Source: an uncultured Chthonomonadaceae bacterium (GTDB lineage: Bacteria > Armatimonadota > Chthonomonadetes > Chthonomonadales > Chthonomonadaceae). Taken from it: a DNA stretch of 64,000 bases. A model generated the notes under the pieces. That model did not search any database. It was not told the DNA's origin and saw nothing but the letters and a program-made list of their open reading frames with translations. Where the stretch lies: the NCBI GenBank assembly GCA_963835065.1, contig CAWIEK010000063.1, positions 96,001-160,000 on the forward strand. Reading direction: 5' to 3'. Numbering within the stretch: position 1 is the stretch's first letter; each line of letters starts with the position of its first letter. This document shows positions 21,001 through 31,136 of this stretch, piece after piece. The translations under genes were made by a program, and so were the position numbers.

Positions 21001-21335
21001 TTGTCGCGCACTTCCTGCGTGGCGATGTCAACGTCCTTTTCCAGTTGGAAGGTGATGAAGATGACGCCGACGCCCTCATACGCGGTGGAGTTGAGCGTAT
21101 CAATGCCGCTGATGGTGTTGACGGCCTCTTCCACCTTGTCTATGACTTCGGTTTCGATCTCTTCGGGCGACGCGCCATCCTCGCGCAGCGTGATGGTAAC
21201 GGTCGGGAAGTCTACTTTGGGAAAACGGTCAACGCCCAGTTTGGTGTAGCCGAAGTAACCGACAACCGTAAGCGCGAGAATGATAACGGTCGCAAACACG
21301 GGACGGCGCACACAAATTTCTGCCAGCCACTGCAT
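18099..21335 (-). CDS. AcrB/AcrD/AcrF-family RND efflux transporter
   Basis: RRPVFA, GIVIDDAIVVLEN, GVVKKNGIL, RLRPILMTT; repeat insert GTGNREQGTG in the central loop. Confidence 0.95.
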   Translation of the reverse strand: MQWLAEICVRRPVFATVIILALTVVGYFGYTKLGVDRFPKVDFPTVTITLREDGASPEEIETEVIDKVEEAVNTISGIDTLNSTAYEGVGVIFITFQLEKDVDIATQEVRDKVSGVLADLPQDLKAPIVDKVDPDAAPILEVALSSPGNVRDTTEYADKTLRRQLENVSGVGQVTLLGGRKRQINIILDPGKLRAVNLTAIDVERALQSQNIQVPGGKVDQNTRELTLRTHGRVEVAQNFNDIVIAKKGGAFIRVSDVGHVEDSVEDENTTALYNGVPTVILSIRKQSGLNTVATVDGLKDRLKQIEKGLPPGYKIIITRDQSEYIKASTDAVKEHLKLGSILAALVVLIFLWNWRTTIISAIAIPASIISTFALMYAKDFTLNSLTLLALTLSVGIVIDDAIVVLENIYRFIEEKGMTPFEAAIEGTREIGLAVLATTLSLIAVFLPVAFMSGIVGRFMNSFGWTMAFAIFVSLIVSFTMTPMLASRWIKRSKPAAAEPSSDGLPVGVPSEEGVTQGTGNREQGTGQPATSHKSPTTNEGSKHKGIFKPIDAVYTWMLHFSMRHRWIVILACLLALFSMKFTVPMVSKNFLPDDDELQFQVSVRAPEGTTLRATTAIASRIADDIRKLKGVAYTVVTIGNNAQQTPNLAAIFVKLVDVSKRPDLTQQDLTQMARTQVLPKYGNLRTSAGPVPAFSTGAPQAVITYFIGGPDLKELTKYSQNVLAEFKKVPGVVDADTSLIVGQPELGIVPDRQRAADLGVSVADIANTGHLLVGGDKVTDYFENGEQYEVHVRADLPYRNDPSVISQMTVPSTTNPGGTVTLDQVADFTTGTGPSQITRQDRRRNVLITSNVLPTASQSDVSAALQKIIDKQHMPPQYTSGPSGTSKELVKAAVAFVTTFLLAIIFMYLILAAQFESWIHPITILLALPLTVPFAILALVIFHQSLNIFTVLGLMVLFGVVKKNGILQVDHTNQLRARGMNRYDAIIQANRDRLRPILMTTIAFVAGMIPLVFSSGTGAATNRGIGYTVIGGQTLSLLLTLLATPVIYSVFDDIVTTPLWGKLRTGLGRLNPRARRP

Positions 21336-21526
21336 AACATGTCTCTCCTGCCGCGCATAAAATTGCCGGTGTTCAGGTATTCGGGTGTTCGGGTATTCAG
21401 GTCGCGGATGCTGCCTGCTGTCCGGTAAAATTAGTTCGGTTACGAACTAATTTGCGGGGAACCTTTTTTTCTGGTGTCTTATGGTTCGCATACGAACCGC
21501 GACGGCGGTAAATTCCTGCCTGTACA

Positions 21527-22045
21527 CTAACCGCCGTGCAAATTCGCGCAAATGCTTGCCAGCGTTTGATGCAGCATTGCCAGTTCTTCATCCGAAATTC
21601 CGCCAAGCGCCTGCTGCTGCACCTGGAACCACAGGGCGCGGAGTTGGCGTTCGCGCTTACGTCCCATTTCGGTCAAATACAGGCGTGACACGCGGCGGTC
21701 TTCGGGGGCGCGTGCGCGGGCGACAAGATGGGCGCGTTCCAGGTCTGTGACGAGCGGCGTGAGCGTGGAGTTTTCCAGCCCGCAGCGCCGCGCCAGTTCG
21801 CCCAGCGTCAGGCCGTCCTCGTCGCCCAAATGCAGGAGCAGGGGCGTCGCGCCGGGGTTCACGTCGTCAATGCCCTCGTCGCGCATCTGCTGCAAGGCGC
21901 GTTGACGAAACGCCAGCCCGACCTGCTTGAAAACGCGATACAGCGGCTCGTCGCGCAAGGCCGAGGAGGGCGGGTCAGCCTCCGGCATCCCGCAATGCGG
22001 CACAGACATGCGAGGCATAAGCACAGGCTTGTTCTCAGTCTTCAC
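21527..22045 (-). CDS. MarR family transcriptional regulator
   Basis: GLTLGELARR..NSTLT..V..LE..LV.R....DRRVSRLYLT..G. Confidence 0.88.
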   Translation of the reverse strand: MKTENKPVLMPRMSVPHCGMPEADPPSSALRDEPLYRVFKQVGLAFRQRALQQMRDEGIDDVNPGATPLLLHLGDEDGLTLGELARRCGLENSTLTPLVTDLERAHLVARARAPEDRRVSRLYLTEMGRKRERQLRALWFQVQQQALGGISDEELAMLHQTLASICANLHGG

Positions 22046-22142
22046 AACAGTCCCCCTTGTACGGCGCGGCTGCTGTTAAATGAAAACGCCTCCTTGCCCG
22101 AACACCTGAACACCTGAATACCGAACACCTGAATACCCGATT

Positions 22143-22400
22143 TCAGATCGTCCACGATTGTTCCTGACCAACCGGCGTGACGGTGATTCCCAGGCGGCGC
22201 AAAAACTCCATGCCCGCTTCCAGATCGTCGGCATCGCCTTCGATTTCCAGAATCATCATGCCGCCCGCGTTGTGGTCAATGTTGGCGCGGCGGATGTTGG
22301 GAACCAGCCGATAATCCGTGACCAGATGATAAATGATTGGTTCCTTCACCCGTTCCAGCGGGTAATCCAGTTTCACGCGCATTGTTTCCAGTTCAGCCAT
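22143..22400 (-). CDS. NIL-domain protein
   Basis: EPIIYHLVTDYRLVPNIRRANI...GMMILEIEG. Confidence 0.8.
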   Translation of the reverse strand: MAELETMRVKLDYPLERVKEPIIYHLVTDYRLVPNIRRANIDHNAGGMMILEIEGDADDLEAGMEFLRRLGITVTPVGQEQSWTI

Positions 22401-22403
22401 ATT

Positions 22404-24719
22404 TTAAATATCCTTTTCTGATTCTGGCACTTGGGTTTCCTGTGAGCAAAGCAATTGCCACACGCGCAGGGTTTCGGCGATGCTCCATGCCTGCGCGTAA
22501 CAGCCGTTGGGACGGTGCGGTTCGGCTCCGTCAAAGATTTCGGCCAGACTGCCAATGCCAAATGTCGTTAGCTGCGCCTGCAAGCCGCTCAACATCTGCT
22601 TTGCGCCTTCCACATCGCCCGTTACCTTTGCATACGCTTCGGCAAACGGGCCGAGCAGCCAGGGCCACACGGTTCCCTGATGGTACGCGCCGTCCCGATG
22701 CCACGCATCGCCCTCATAACGCGGCTTGAAATCGGGATCATGCGGCGACAGGGTACGCAGTCCACACGGCGTCAGCAACTCCTCGCGCACAACCTTAATA
22801 ATGGCAGTCGCCAATGCGGAACTCGGCTCGACGATGGGAAACGGCAGCGACAGCGCAAAAATCTGGTTAGGACGCACACTCAAGGATGAAGGATGAAGGA
22901 TGAAGGATGAATCCGCTCCTCCTGTTCCCTGTTCCCTGTTCCCTGTTCCCTCCGCGTCGTCCAGCACATCGTACAGGCCGCGTCCGTCTTCGCGGGCGAA
23001 GCGGGAGAGGAAACTGGCCTGTGTTTGCTGCGCCTGTTGTGTGTACGAATTGCCGGAGGAATCGTTCAGCAGATTGGCGAAATGCGCCATGACGCGCAGG
23101 GCATTAACCCAGAGCGCGTTGATTTCGACGGGCTTGCCGATGCGTGGCGTCACGACCCAATCACCCACTTTGGCGTCCATCCACGTCAGTTGAACGCCGT
23201 CTTGACCGGCATACAGCAGGCTGTCATTGACGTCCACATGGATGTTGTAGCGCGTTCCCTGCTGATGCCAGTGGACAATCTGCTTGAGCGTTTCCCACAG
23301 GCCACTTGACAGCAGGCCGACATCCCCCGTCGCTTCCACATACCGGTAAATGGCGACAAAGTACCACAGCGTGGCGTCTACGGTGTTGTATTCCGGCGTT
23401 TCGCCCACATCCGGGAAGCGGTTGGGCAGCATGCCCGCGTCCACATACCGCGCGAATGAAAGCAGGATTTCGCGGGCAATATCCATTTTCCCGGTTGTCA
23501 GGCACAAGCCGGGCAGGGAAATCATCGTATCCCGCCCCCAATCCCCAAACCAGGGATAGCCCGCGATAATCGTAGACCGAACCCCCGGAACCTGCACGAT
23601 GAATTGGTCGGCGGCGAGGGCAAGCTGCTGTAGGAGGGTGTTGGGTGTTGGGTGTTGGGTGTTGGGAAATGATGAGTGATGAGTGATGAGTGATGAATGG
23701 GCTTCTAATTCATCATTCATCATTCCGCGTTCAGCATTTCCTTCTGTTCCCTGTTCCCTGTTCCCTGTTCCCTGTTCTTCCGCGCTGGCGGCTACGACGA
23801 TGGTTTGACCGGGCGTTAGTGGGAGAGACAGGGTTCCGGGGGCGTACAGGTCTTCCTGAAAGTCCTGGCCCCGTTCCTGTTCGCGGGGGTGCTGGATGTG
23901 GTAGTACCAGTCGGAGTGGGGTTCAAAATGGGCGGCGGGAACGGGCTGGCTGTCGGCGGCAAGCAGGCGCAAGCTCAGCGTGGTGGGAACCGATGTGACG
24001 CGGGCAATGGGCGGCAGCAGCAATTGCAGTTCGGAGGCAGATTCAGAGGAAAGCCAGGTCGCGGACGGGTGGAAGTCGCCGGCGGCCATTTCGCTGTGGT
24101 AATCGCGCCAGGCAAGGAGAGGTATAAGGGACAGGCGGACGGCTGTGTTTTCCGGCGCGTTTAGCAGTCGGTACGCGATGTACGTGGTGTTCTCGCCCTG
24201 CGCCATCCAGACACGTTTCTCGAAACGAAGGCCGGGCGCGGGCTGCCATATCCATGTCGGCGTCGGGTACGCGCTCCAGGCTTCCAGATATTGATAGCCC
24301 TGTGGGTAAATCGCGCCAGGATACACATTGGCCGACAGCGCATAGGCAGTATTGGAACCCTGCGCGTCCGTGACTGTCAGGGTTTCTTCCAGTTTCGACA
24401 GCAGCACGGCGCGGCCAACGGGGGGATTGAGCGCGGCGACAAGCAGGCCATGATAGCGGCGCGTGTTGGCAGTGGCGAGGGAAGCGGACGCATAGCCGCC
24501 CAACCCGTTCGTTGCCAGCCATTCGCGGCGCAGGGACTCGTCCGCATTACGCAGCAGTTCCGCGCCAAAGATAAGATTATTTTCAGCGCTCCACTCGCCT
24601 GCGTTCTTTAACTCGCCTGCGTTTATATTGTCTGCGCCTTTCTCGCCTGCATCGGACTTACTGACATCGGGCTTACCTGAGTCGCTTGTGTTTTCGGCAT
24701 TGAAACTGTCGGCGGTCAT
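22404..24719 (-). CDS. Glycogen debranching enzyme / amylo-alpha-1,6-glucosidase
   Basis: REWLATNGLGGYAS, TRRYHGLL, AGYPWFGDWGRDTMI, TWMDAK, RPNQ, YHQGTVWPWL, QAWS. Confidence 0.93.
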   Translation of the reverse strand: MTADSFNAENTSDSGKPDVSKSDAGEKGADNINAGELKNAGEWSAENNLIFGAELLRNADESLRREWLATNGLGGYASASLATANTRRYHGLLVAALNPPVGRAVLLSKLEETLTVTDAQGSNTAYALSANVYPGAIYPQGYQYLEAWSAYPTPTWIWQPAPGLRFEKRVWMAQGENTTYIAYRLLNAPENTAVRLSLIPLLAWRDYHSEMAAGDFHPSATWLSSESASELQLLLPPIARVTSVPTTLSLRLLAADSQPVPAAHFEPHSDWYYHIQHPREQERGQDFQEDLYAPGTLSLPLTPGQTIVVAASAEEQGTGNREQGTEGNAERGMMNDELEAHSSLITHHSSFPNTQHPTPNTLLQQLALAADQFIVQVPGVRSTIIAGYPWFGDWGRDTMISLPGLCLTTGKMDIAREILLSFARYVDAGMLPNRFPDVGETPEYNTVDATLWYFVAIYRYVEATGDVGLLSSGLWETLKQIVHWHQQGTRYNIHVDVNDSLLYAGQDGVQLTWMDAKVGDWVVTPRIGKPVEINALWVNALRVMAHFANLLNDSSGNSYTQQAQQTQASFLSRFAREDGRGLYDVLDDAEGTGNREQGTGGADSSFILHPSSLSVRPNQIFALSLPFPIVEPSSALATAIIKVVREELLTPCGLRTLSPHDPDFKPRYEGDAWHRDGAYHQGTVWPWLLGPFAEAYAKVTGDVEGAKQMLSGLQAQLTTFGIGSLAEIFDGAEPHRPNGCYAQAWSIAETLRVWQLLCSQETQVPESEKDI

Positions 24720-24805
24720 GGCTGTTGTTTCCTTCCAAGCCTGTACGCGCACACGCAGGAACGTGAACAACCTGTGCGCCGAACAAGCCTACAATTGGCC
24801 TACAA

Positions 24806-25321
24806 TTAAGAGGAAGCGGTGGCAAGCCGCTTGAGTTCCTGATACAGCGCGAGGCGTTCGCGGCCCCATCCATCGGCGCGGGCGCTGGAACTATGCGCGA
24901 CGAACACGCCCGTCTTCCCGATGCGCTCCGCCTGCTCGCCCCAATCCATGCAAACGCGCCCGGTTGCCAGTTTGTAAACATCTTTGCCGTTAAAGCAGGC
25001 CCATCGCGGCGCGTACTCTTCAATTTTGCGCCGCAATTCACTGCGCTGCGTGGCGGTGGGCGGGGGCAGCAGATGGTTGGCGCTCGTGGACGTGTGCTTG
25101 TACAATCCGGTCAGGCCGATGTGGTACTGCAAAACCTGCGTGTCTTCTTCGGGGCGCAATTGGCGCGGCGTAAACCCGGACTGGTGCAACACGAGCCAGA
25201 ACTTATTGGTCGGCCCCGCGTAATAATGCCCGCTTTGCGCCGAGGACAGGCTCGGAGCCGCCCCGACAAAGATCACATCAAGGCCATGCGCAAGATAATC
25301 CGGCAGAATAGGTGTTGTCAT
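24806..25321 (-). CDS. mug: Mismatch-specific uracil-DNA glycosylase (MUG/TDG family)
   Basis: LPDYL..GLDVIFVG..PS..S...GHYYAGPTNKFW..L..SGF, FNGK, SSSAR. Confidence 0.85.
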   Translation of the reverse strand: MTTPILPDYLAHGLDVIFVGAAPSLSSAQSGHYYAGPTNKFWLVLHQSGFTPRQLRPEEDTQVLQYHIGLTGLYKHTSTSANHLLPPPTATQRSELRRKIEEYAPRWACFNGKDVYKLATGRVCMDWGEQAERIGKTGVFVAHSSSARADGWGRERLALYQELKRLATASS

Positions 25322-25456
25322 GCCGCGTTCGTAACAGGAATGGACTATTAACAATTGTCCGGTATAATGAGAAAGGGAACGTGCAGTAACACGTTCCCTA
25401 AACCTTGACTTACCGGCTCGTCAAAGCCTGTAAGTCATTAGCAAGGAGGAACTGCA

Positions 25457-25660
25457 ATGAGCAGTTTCTGCTTCTGGCTTGGCTTCGGTGCCAACGTCAT
25501 TACCATTGTTGGCAACAATCTTGTTCACGGCGACGATCCTGATGGCGGGCGCGATGTAATTGTACGTCTGCTGCATGAACCCCGCAGGAATTTTACTTGT
25601 CGGCAACCGGCGAAGCGTCAGGCGCGCTTTGTATTGGAGTGGAAGCAGGCGCGGAGGTAG
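25457..25660 (+). CDS. Small protein with hydrophobic N-terminus
   Basis: AAGGAGG RBS and TATAAT at 25363-25368; MSSFCFWLGFGANVITIVG. Confidence 0.4.
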   Translation: MSSFCFWLGFGANVITIVGNNLVHGDDPDGGRDVIVRLLHEPRRNFTCRQPAKRQARFVLEWKQARR

Positions 25661-25781
25661 ACGCAGGCTGTGGCGCGCTGATTGTGTGCAGCCCAGCCTC
25701 GCGCCGCACCCAATCCGGCCACTCCTGTGCGGCTCGCGCCGCTGCTTCCAACTGTTTTGTAAACCATGTCGTTTCCTGCAT
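25593..25781 (-). CDS. Small hypothetical protein directly after the dCTP deaminase
   Basis: AGGAGG RBS within the deaminase 3' end; MQETTWFTKQLEAAARAAQEWPDWVR. Confidence 0.55.
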   Translation of the reverse strand: MQETTWFTKQLEAAARAAQEWPDWVRREAGLHTISAPQPASTSAPASTPIQSAPDASPVADK

Positions 25782-25785
25782 TCTG

Positions 25786-27324
25786 CTAACCTCCTGATGT
25801 ACTTTCCACCGTTAGTTCGCTCAGTTTTTGTTCTAACTGAGCCAAGTGTGACTTTTCATTGAAATTTGTCATGTAGTGCGCCCATCTTCCCAAACGCGGC
25901 ACAGCCTGAGCAGGCTGCCACTTTAGGGCCACACCGTTATTATCCTTGCGCTTATCCATAGCAAAAAGCTCCAGATAGCGCCGGGGAGCCAGGCCGACAA
26001 AAGGCTCAAATTGTACGCGACCGTTTGTGCTGCCCTCTCCTTCGATACATATCGAGTCTGCGTGAAGATTCCGCGCCAAGCTTTTAGCATAGGGTTCAAT
26101 ATACACGACGCGCATAATGCCTGCCGCTACCATGTGCCGCGCGCATCCATGACAGGGAAATGTCGTTGTGTATACAGTACAGTCTTGTACAGCCACGCCA
26201 CGCCGCGCGGCATCTGTTAATGCCGTCATTTCTGCATGAACAGGTCGCTGATACTCTGTCAAACCGGTAAACTCCGCTCCTTCCATAAGCGCTGTTTTAC
26301 CCTCCAGCAATGTTTTGACAAGTTCTGGAATAGATTGTTCCCGCTTATCTTCGGCCAGCCAGTTATTGTCTTTCAGGCGCTGAACGATATCGCCAAACAT
26401 CTCCCGGCGCATAGCATCACTGCTGTCATGTCCAATGATATGATCACGCGCGTCAGGTTCATCTTCGTACCAGTAAATCCCGCCACCAGCGCGGGGAACT
26501 TCGTTTGCGCCAGTGGCAACAAGGCTGCCATTGGGTGCAGCAATTACAGCGCCTACCTGCCTGCCCAACGAAGCAGAGCGATAGGCGGCAGCTTGCGCCG
26601 AAAACATCAAGTATTCATCGCGCGTCGGGGTATGAAAAGGATGTCCAAACCACAATTGCACGATACGCTGAATGGCGGCTGTTAAATGTGCAGTATCACT
26701 GGCATCTACAAAGGCATCGCTGCGCCAAAACGTTGCGCGCACCTGCTGACCAAAAACTTCCCCGGCCTCAGCCTCATCACGGTTGATTGCTTCTATCGCT
26801 TTACTTTCAAACTCTTCTATACGAAAGCTGTTATGCGACGCCATAATCTGGCGCGCAATGTTTCTACACGCTTGTGGCGTGGCGAATACGCGGAAATCAG
26901 GAAAAAGGAAGGGCCATAAATGGCGCGCAAGGTTTCCACTTCCTGAGAATGTTTCAACGAACGTAAAATGAACGCATGATTAGGTACTGGATGGTCGTCA
27001 TCTGTCCGCTCGGAAACGGTCTGTTGTCGCTCCTCGCGCATTTTACCGACCGCAAGCAAAGCGACTGCATCCCCACGCTCCGTCAACCGCCGCCACTCAT
27101 TTCCGGCACTCATGTAGGCATTCAATTTTGCTTCATAATATGGTGACTCAGTTAAAGAAACGGACGGGAAGAGGAATGGGAATATCATGCAGCAAATGAC
27201 TGAGGCGTACCTCAGTGTGCGTATAGTTTACTTCCGCCAACGCATGATGCAGAGCGGCGCAAACAGGAGCAAGGTCAGTTCCTACAGCGCCCACCAATCC
27301 AATAACAATCTCCGGCCTGTCCAT
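25786..27324 (-). CDS. Anti-phage-type dCTP deaminase (kinase-like + deaminase domains), two frameshifts (~27170, ~26840)
   Basis: Manual translation from 27324 (AGGAGG RBS): MDRPEIVIGLVGAVGTDL; ILRSLKH..EVETLRAIYG; SLGRQVGAVI, GANEVP..GGG.YW, HAEM..PCHGC, YIEPYAKS, FVGLAPRRY. Confidence 0.85.
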
Positions 27325-27655
27325 ACTCCTCCTGTCATCCTACCGCCTACATACACGCATCCTGTTGTTACTTGCATACCAAGGCAAACTTGTACTCCCC
27401 GCTCAATCATGGCAGCCAACATTGCTAAATTCGTTTCGCGCATACGCCTTTCCTGCCCGACATCGCAGAAAGAGTACGTCTGCTCACGAAAGATTGCAGG
27501 TAGGCATTGATTTTTCTATACACACATGGCAAGATAAGGATACAAGTCGCCACTGATTACCGAATACTCCCCCAAGCGGTGAGGCAGCCAATACTAGTGG
27601 ATCAGGGATTAGGGCGGCTTTACTTACGCCACATTACTGCAAAGGATAGTTCGCC

Positions 27656-29299
27656 ATGCCTATAAGTCCGCTTGCCGGAAAACCGGCTCCCGCTGCTATG
27701 CTCGTTGATGTTGCCCAACTGCTGCGCCAGTACGATGATATTCACCCCGACCCGGACGACCCGCTCCAGCAGGTCAGTTTCGGCACGTCGGGGCATCGGG
27801 GCACGGCGGCAAAAGGCTCGTTCAACGCCGACCATATTCTTGCCATCACGCAGGCCATTGTCGAATACCGAAGCGCGCAGAACATCACAGGGCCGCTGTA
27901 CATGGGCATGGACAGCCACGCGCTTTCCGCGCCCGCGCAGTGCAGCGCTCTGGAAGTGCTGGCCGCGCATGACATTCCCGTATTTATCGCCGCCAATGAG
28001 GGGTTTACGCCCACACCCGTGATTTCCCACGCCATTCTTACTTATAATAAAGGGTGCAAGGACGGGCTTGCCGACGGCATCGTGATTACGCCCTCGCACA
28101 ACCCGCCCGAAGACGGCGGCTTCAAGTACAATCCCCCCAATGGCGGCCCTGCCGATACCAACATCACGGGCTGGGTGCAGAACCGCGCCAACGAACTGCT
28201 GAAGGCCAAACTCAACGGCGTCCGGCGCATGAGTTACGAACAGGCGCTCCGCGCTTCCACCACGCGCCGGTACGATTACATCCGGCCTTATGTCAACGAT
28301 TTGGGCAGCGTGATTGATATGGAAGCCATCAAAGCGTCCGGGCTGAAATTGGGCGCGGACCCACTCGGCGGCGCAAGCGTGGCGTACTGGGAACCCATTG
28401 CTGAAACCTACGGCCTGAATTTAACGGTTGTGGACAAGACCGTTGACCCGACCTTTCGCTTTATGCCCGTTGACCACGACGGCAAAATCCGCATGGACTG
28501 CTCCTCGCCCTACGCCATGAACAATCTGATTGCCCTCAAAGATCAGTACGCCATCGCGTGGGGTAACGACACGGACGCGGACAGACACGGCATTGTCGCG
28601 CCCAGCATCGGCCTGCTCAATCCCAACCATTATCTTGCCGTCGCCATCCACTACCTGTTCACGAACCGCCCCGATTGGCGCATGGACAGCGCAATCGGCA
28701 AAACCGTCGTCAGCAGCAGCATCATTGACCGCGTGGCGCAATCGCTGGATCGCAAACTGATGGAAGTGCCGGTGGGGTTCAAGTGGTTCGTGAGCGGATT
28801 GGTGGACGGCTCGTATGGCTTCGGTGGCGAGGAAAGCGCGGGCGCGTCGTTTCTGCGCAAGGATGGAACCGTCTGGACAACCGACAAGGACGGCCCGATT
28901 ATGGACTTGCTGGCAGCCGAAATCACCGCCCGAACCGGCAAAGACCCCGGCATCCATTATCAGGAATTGACCGCGAAATTGGGCAATCCAATTTATACCC
29001 GCATTGACGCGCCCGCCACGCCCGAACAAAAAGACAAACTCAAAAAACTGTCGCCCGAAGCCGTCCGCGCTTCCACCCTCGCCGGCGACCCCATCACCGC
29101 CCGCATGACCAAAGCGCCCGGCAACAACGCCGACATCGGCGGCCTGAAAGTGGTGACGGCTAACGGCTGGTTCGCCGCCCGTCCGTCCGGCACGGAAGAC
29201 GTGTACAAAATCTACGCCGAAAGTTTCCACGATCAGGAGCACCTCGACAAAATCGTCGAAGAAGCCCGCCACATCGTTAACGACGCGCTCCAAGCCTGA
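27656..29299 (+). CDS. pgm: Phosphoglucomutase (alpha-D-glucose-1,6-bisphosphate dependent)
   Basis: [43 protein letters not shown]. Confidence 0.97.
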   Translation: MPISPLAGKPAPAAMLVDVAQLLRQYDDIHPDPDDPLQQVSFGTSGHRGTAAKGSFNADHILAITQAIVEYRSAQNITGPLYMGMDSHALSAPAQCSALEVLAAHDIPVFIAANEGFTPTPVISHAILTYNKGCKDGLADGIVITPSHNPPEDGGFKYNPPNGGPADTNITGWVQNRANELLKAKLNGVRRMSYEQALRASTTRRYDYIRPYVNDLGSVIDMEAIKASGLKLGADPLGGASVAYWEPIAETYGLNLTVVDKTVDPTFRFMPVDHDGKIRMDCSSPYAMNNLIALKDQYAIAWGNDTDADRHGIVAPSIGLLNPNHYLAVAIHYLFTNRPDWRMDSAIGKTVVSSSIIDRVAQSLDRKLMEVPVGFKWFVSGLVDGSYGFGGEESAGASFLRKDGTVWTTDKDGPIMDLLAAEITARTGKDPGIHYQELTAKLGNPIYTRIDAPATPEQKDKLKKLSPEAVRASTLAGDPITARMTKAPGNNADIGGLKVVTANGWFAARPSGTEDVYKIYAESFHDQEHLDKIVEEARHIVNDALQA

Positions 29300-29311
29300 T
29301 GAAAGGAAAAT

Positions 29312-30836
29312 ATGGTGTCTCAAAAACTGCCTTGCAGAACTCGTTTTGGAAAGCGAACGCTTTGGCGCGGCGCTATTGCGCAGGCCGCTTGCGCCGTTTT
29401 GCTCCTCAGCCTCGGTGTGTGCGGAACCGGCGAAGCGCAAAACGCTTTTGTTCGCAACAGGAAGCCCGCTATGAGACTGCCACATCCGAAGCATGAGAAC
29501 CCGAAGCCCACTGCCGTCCCTGGAGGAACTGACGGCGAAAGTGGATCGTTTTGTCAAGCCCCTCATAGACGGCGAAGTGGTTTCCAGTTTGGCTATCGGA
29601 TTGATGGATGGCGACAAAACGTACATTTTAGGCTATGGAAGCGTTTCGCCCTCCAAACCGGGCAAGCCGGACGGGAACACGCTCTATGAAATCGGCTCCA
29701 TCACCAAAGTATTTGCCGGCATTGCGCTTGCCGACGCGGTGGAACAAAAACAAGCGTCGCTTTCCGATCCGGTTGCGAAATACCTGCCCACTTCCGTGAA
29801 GATGCCAGCGTTTGAAGGGACGCCGATTACCCTCCTCGATCTTGCCACGCAAAGTTCCGGTTTGCCAGGACTGCCGGACAACTTCGCGCCCAAAAACCCC
29901 GCCAACCCTTATGCCGACTATACCGAAGACAGGCTGTTCGCGTTTCTTTCCGGTTACAAACTCACGCGCAAACCGGGTGAAAAGTACGAGTACAGCAATC
30001 TGGGCATGGGGCTGCTCGGCTACGCGCTGGCAAGGCAGGCCAAAACGCCCTATGAGGAACTGGTCAAGCAGCGCATTTGCCGGCCATTGGGCATGAGCAG
30101 CACAACCTTTACGCTTGATGCGGAACAGCGCTCCCGCCTGGCGGCGGGGCATGATGCGGACGGCAATGTGGTTAAGAATTGGGATTTGGGGGTACTGGCA
30201 GGCGCGGGAGGCTTGCGCTCCGATGTCAACGATATGCTGCGCTTTATGCAGGCCAATTTGATGCCTGAGTCGGGCTTGATTCCGGCGCGGCTGCAAACCG
30301 CCCTGCGCGGGGCGCAAAAGCCACAGCGTTCCATTGCGGGGCCGGGGCATATCGGGCTGGCATGGCACATTCTGCCCGACAGCAAAACCCTCTGGCACAA
30401 CGGCAGCACGGGCGGCTATCGTTCGCTGCTGGCGTTCAATCTGGAAACAAAACGAGGCGTTGCGGTATTGTGCGGCACGGCCAGCGAAACCACCGATGCG
30501 CTTGGCTTCAGCCTGCTGCGGATGCTGGGCGGCGAGGAACCCGCGTCCCTCAAAGTACGCCTGCCCGCTCCAATTGACACCGCTGTTTACGCGAACTACG
30601 TGGGCGATTACCAACTCGCGCCCGGAGTAATTTTAACGGTCGCGCGGGAACAAAATCATCTGCTGGCGCAACTGACGGGGCAGGCGAAATACCGCTTATA
30701 CCCCGCTGCGGAAACAGAGTTCTTTTATCGGATCGTGGACGCGCAAGTTACGTTCGTCAAAGGCGGCAACGGCAAAATCGAAAAACTGATCCTGCACCAG
30801 AACGGCAGTAACCTGCCCGCAAACAAAGTCAAGTGA
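29312..30836 (+). CDS. Serine hydrolase, beta-lactamase class C-like, with DUF3471-like C-terminus; signal region in another frame
   Basis: EIGSITK, YEYSN, WHNG; overlapping ORF 29312-29689 supplies a signal peptide. Confidence 0.85.
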
Positions 30837-30863
30837 TGCTGACTTCTTTACATCCAAAACCAA

Positions 30864-30920
30864 AGGCTTTGTTGATCTGGAAGGCGTATTCCGGGGCAGG
30901 GTCGTGTTGTTCAGAACCAG
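30864..30920 (-). pseudogene. Small internal remnant of a HEPN paralogue
   Basis: Translates LVLNNTTLPRNT/FQINKA, compare LVLNNTSLHRSKRYQLNKA in the 32749 fragment. Confidence 0.55.
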
Positions 30921-31136
30921 CTATTGTGTAAGCATGCATTTGCTTGCAGTCGTTTCATGCCTCATTATTTAACATCATGAACTCATCACCTACCGTTCTG
31001 CCTCGTCAACAAGCGAAGCAGGACGGCTTTTCACGTTTTGTCGGTTCGATGTTTTCCTTTGACTCCCGCAGACTTTGACTCCCGCAGAATAAGAAGCGTT
31101 TTTCACAGCTCGTACTTTGCGGAAGCAGGCAATGGA

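Noticed and set aside
19737..21428. 563-aa ORF on the + strand
   Set aside because: Antisense shadow of the RND gene
31057..31088. Tandem 16-bp duplication CTTTGACTCCCGCAGA
   Set aside because: Only two units in decayed spacer DNA; probably slippage
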